From: Lama guanicoe
Taxonomy: Eukaryota
NCBI GenBank assembly: GCA_013239625.1
Contig: MU053652.1
Coordinates: forward strand, 4,641,902-4,705,901
Length of the DNA stretch: 64,000 nucleotides
Direction: 5' to 3'
Part shown: piece after piece, positions 64,000-64,000 of the stretch
Layout of the letters: each line of letters opens with the position of its first letter
Position numbering within the stretch: position 1 is the stretch's first letter
Made by a program: the position numbers and the translations under genes
The notes under the pieces: model-generated
The model's database searches: none
Told to the model about the DNA's origin: nothing
What the model saw: only the letters and a program-made list of their open reading frames with translations

Positions 64000-64000
64000 A

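Overview
Mammalian genomic DNA, most likely a camelid (vic-1-like tRNA-derived SINEs), syntenic with the human IMPDH1-PRRT4-RBM28 block. On the + strand: (1) a complete IMPDH1 gene with 14 canonical coding exons (514 aa), upstream exon A, a cassette exon and the 17-nt retina microexon 13b, giving 546/603-aa isoforms; (2) a complete PRRT4 CDS (4 coding exons, 900 aa); (3) the first 11 exons of RBM28, which runs off the window end. The most notable item is on the - strand directly downstream of IMPDH1. It is an intact two-coding-exon gene for a 273-aa TMEM53/DUF829-type alpha/beta-hydrolase with an apparent Ser-Asp-His triad and a C-terminal -ARL peroxisomal targeting signal, lying tail-to-tail with IMPDH1. 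Other points of interest are an overlapping uORF that only affects the canonical IMPDH1 transcript, a GC-AG intron, duplicated PRRT4 exons, a probable spliced L1 retrocopy and nested retroelement insertions. Gene identities and repeat family names come from my recognition of the sequences, not from database searches.
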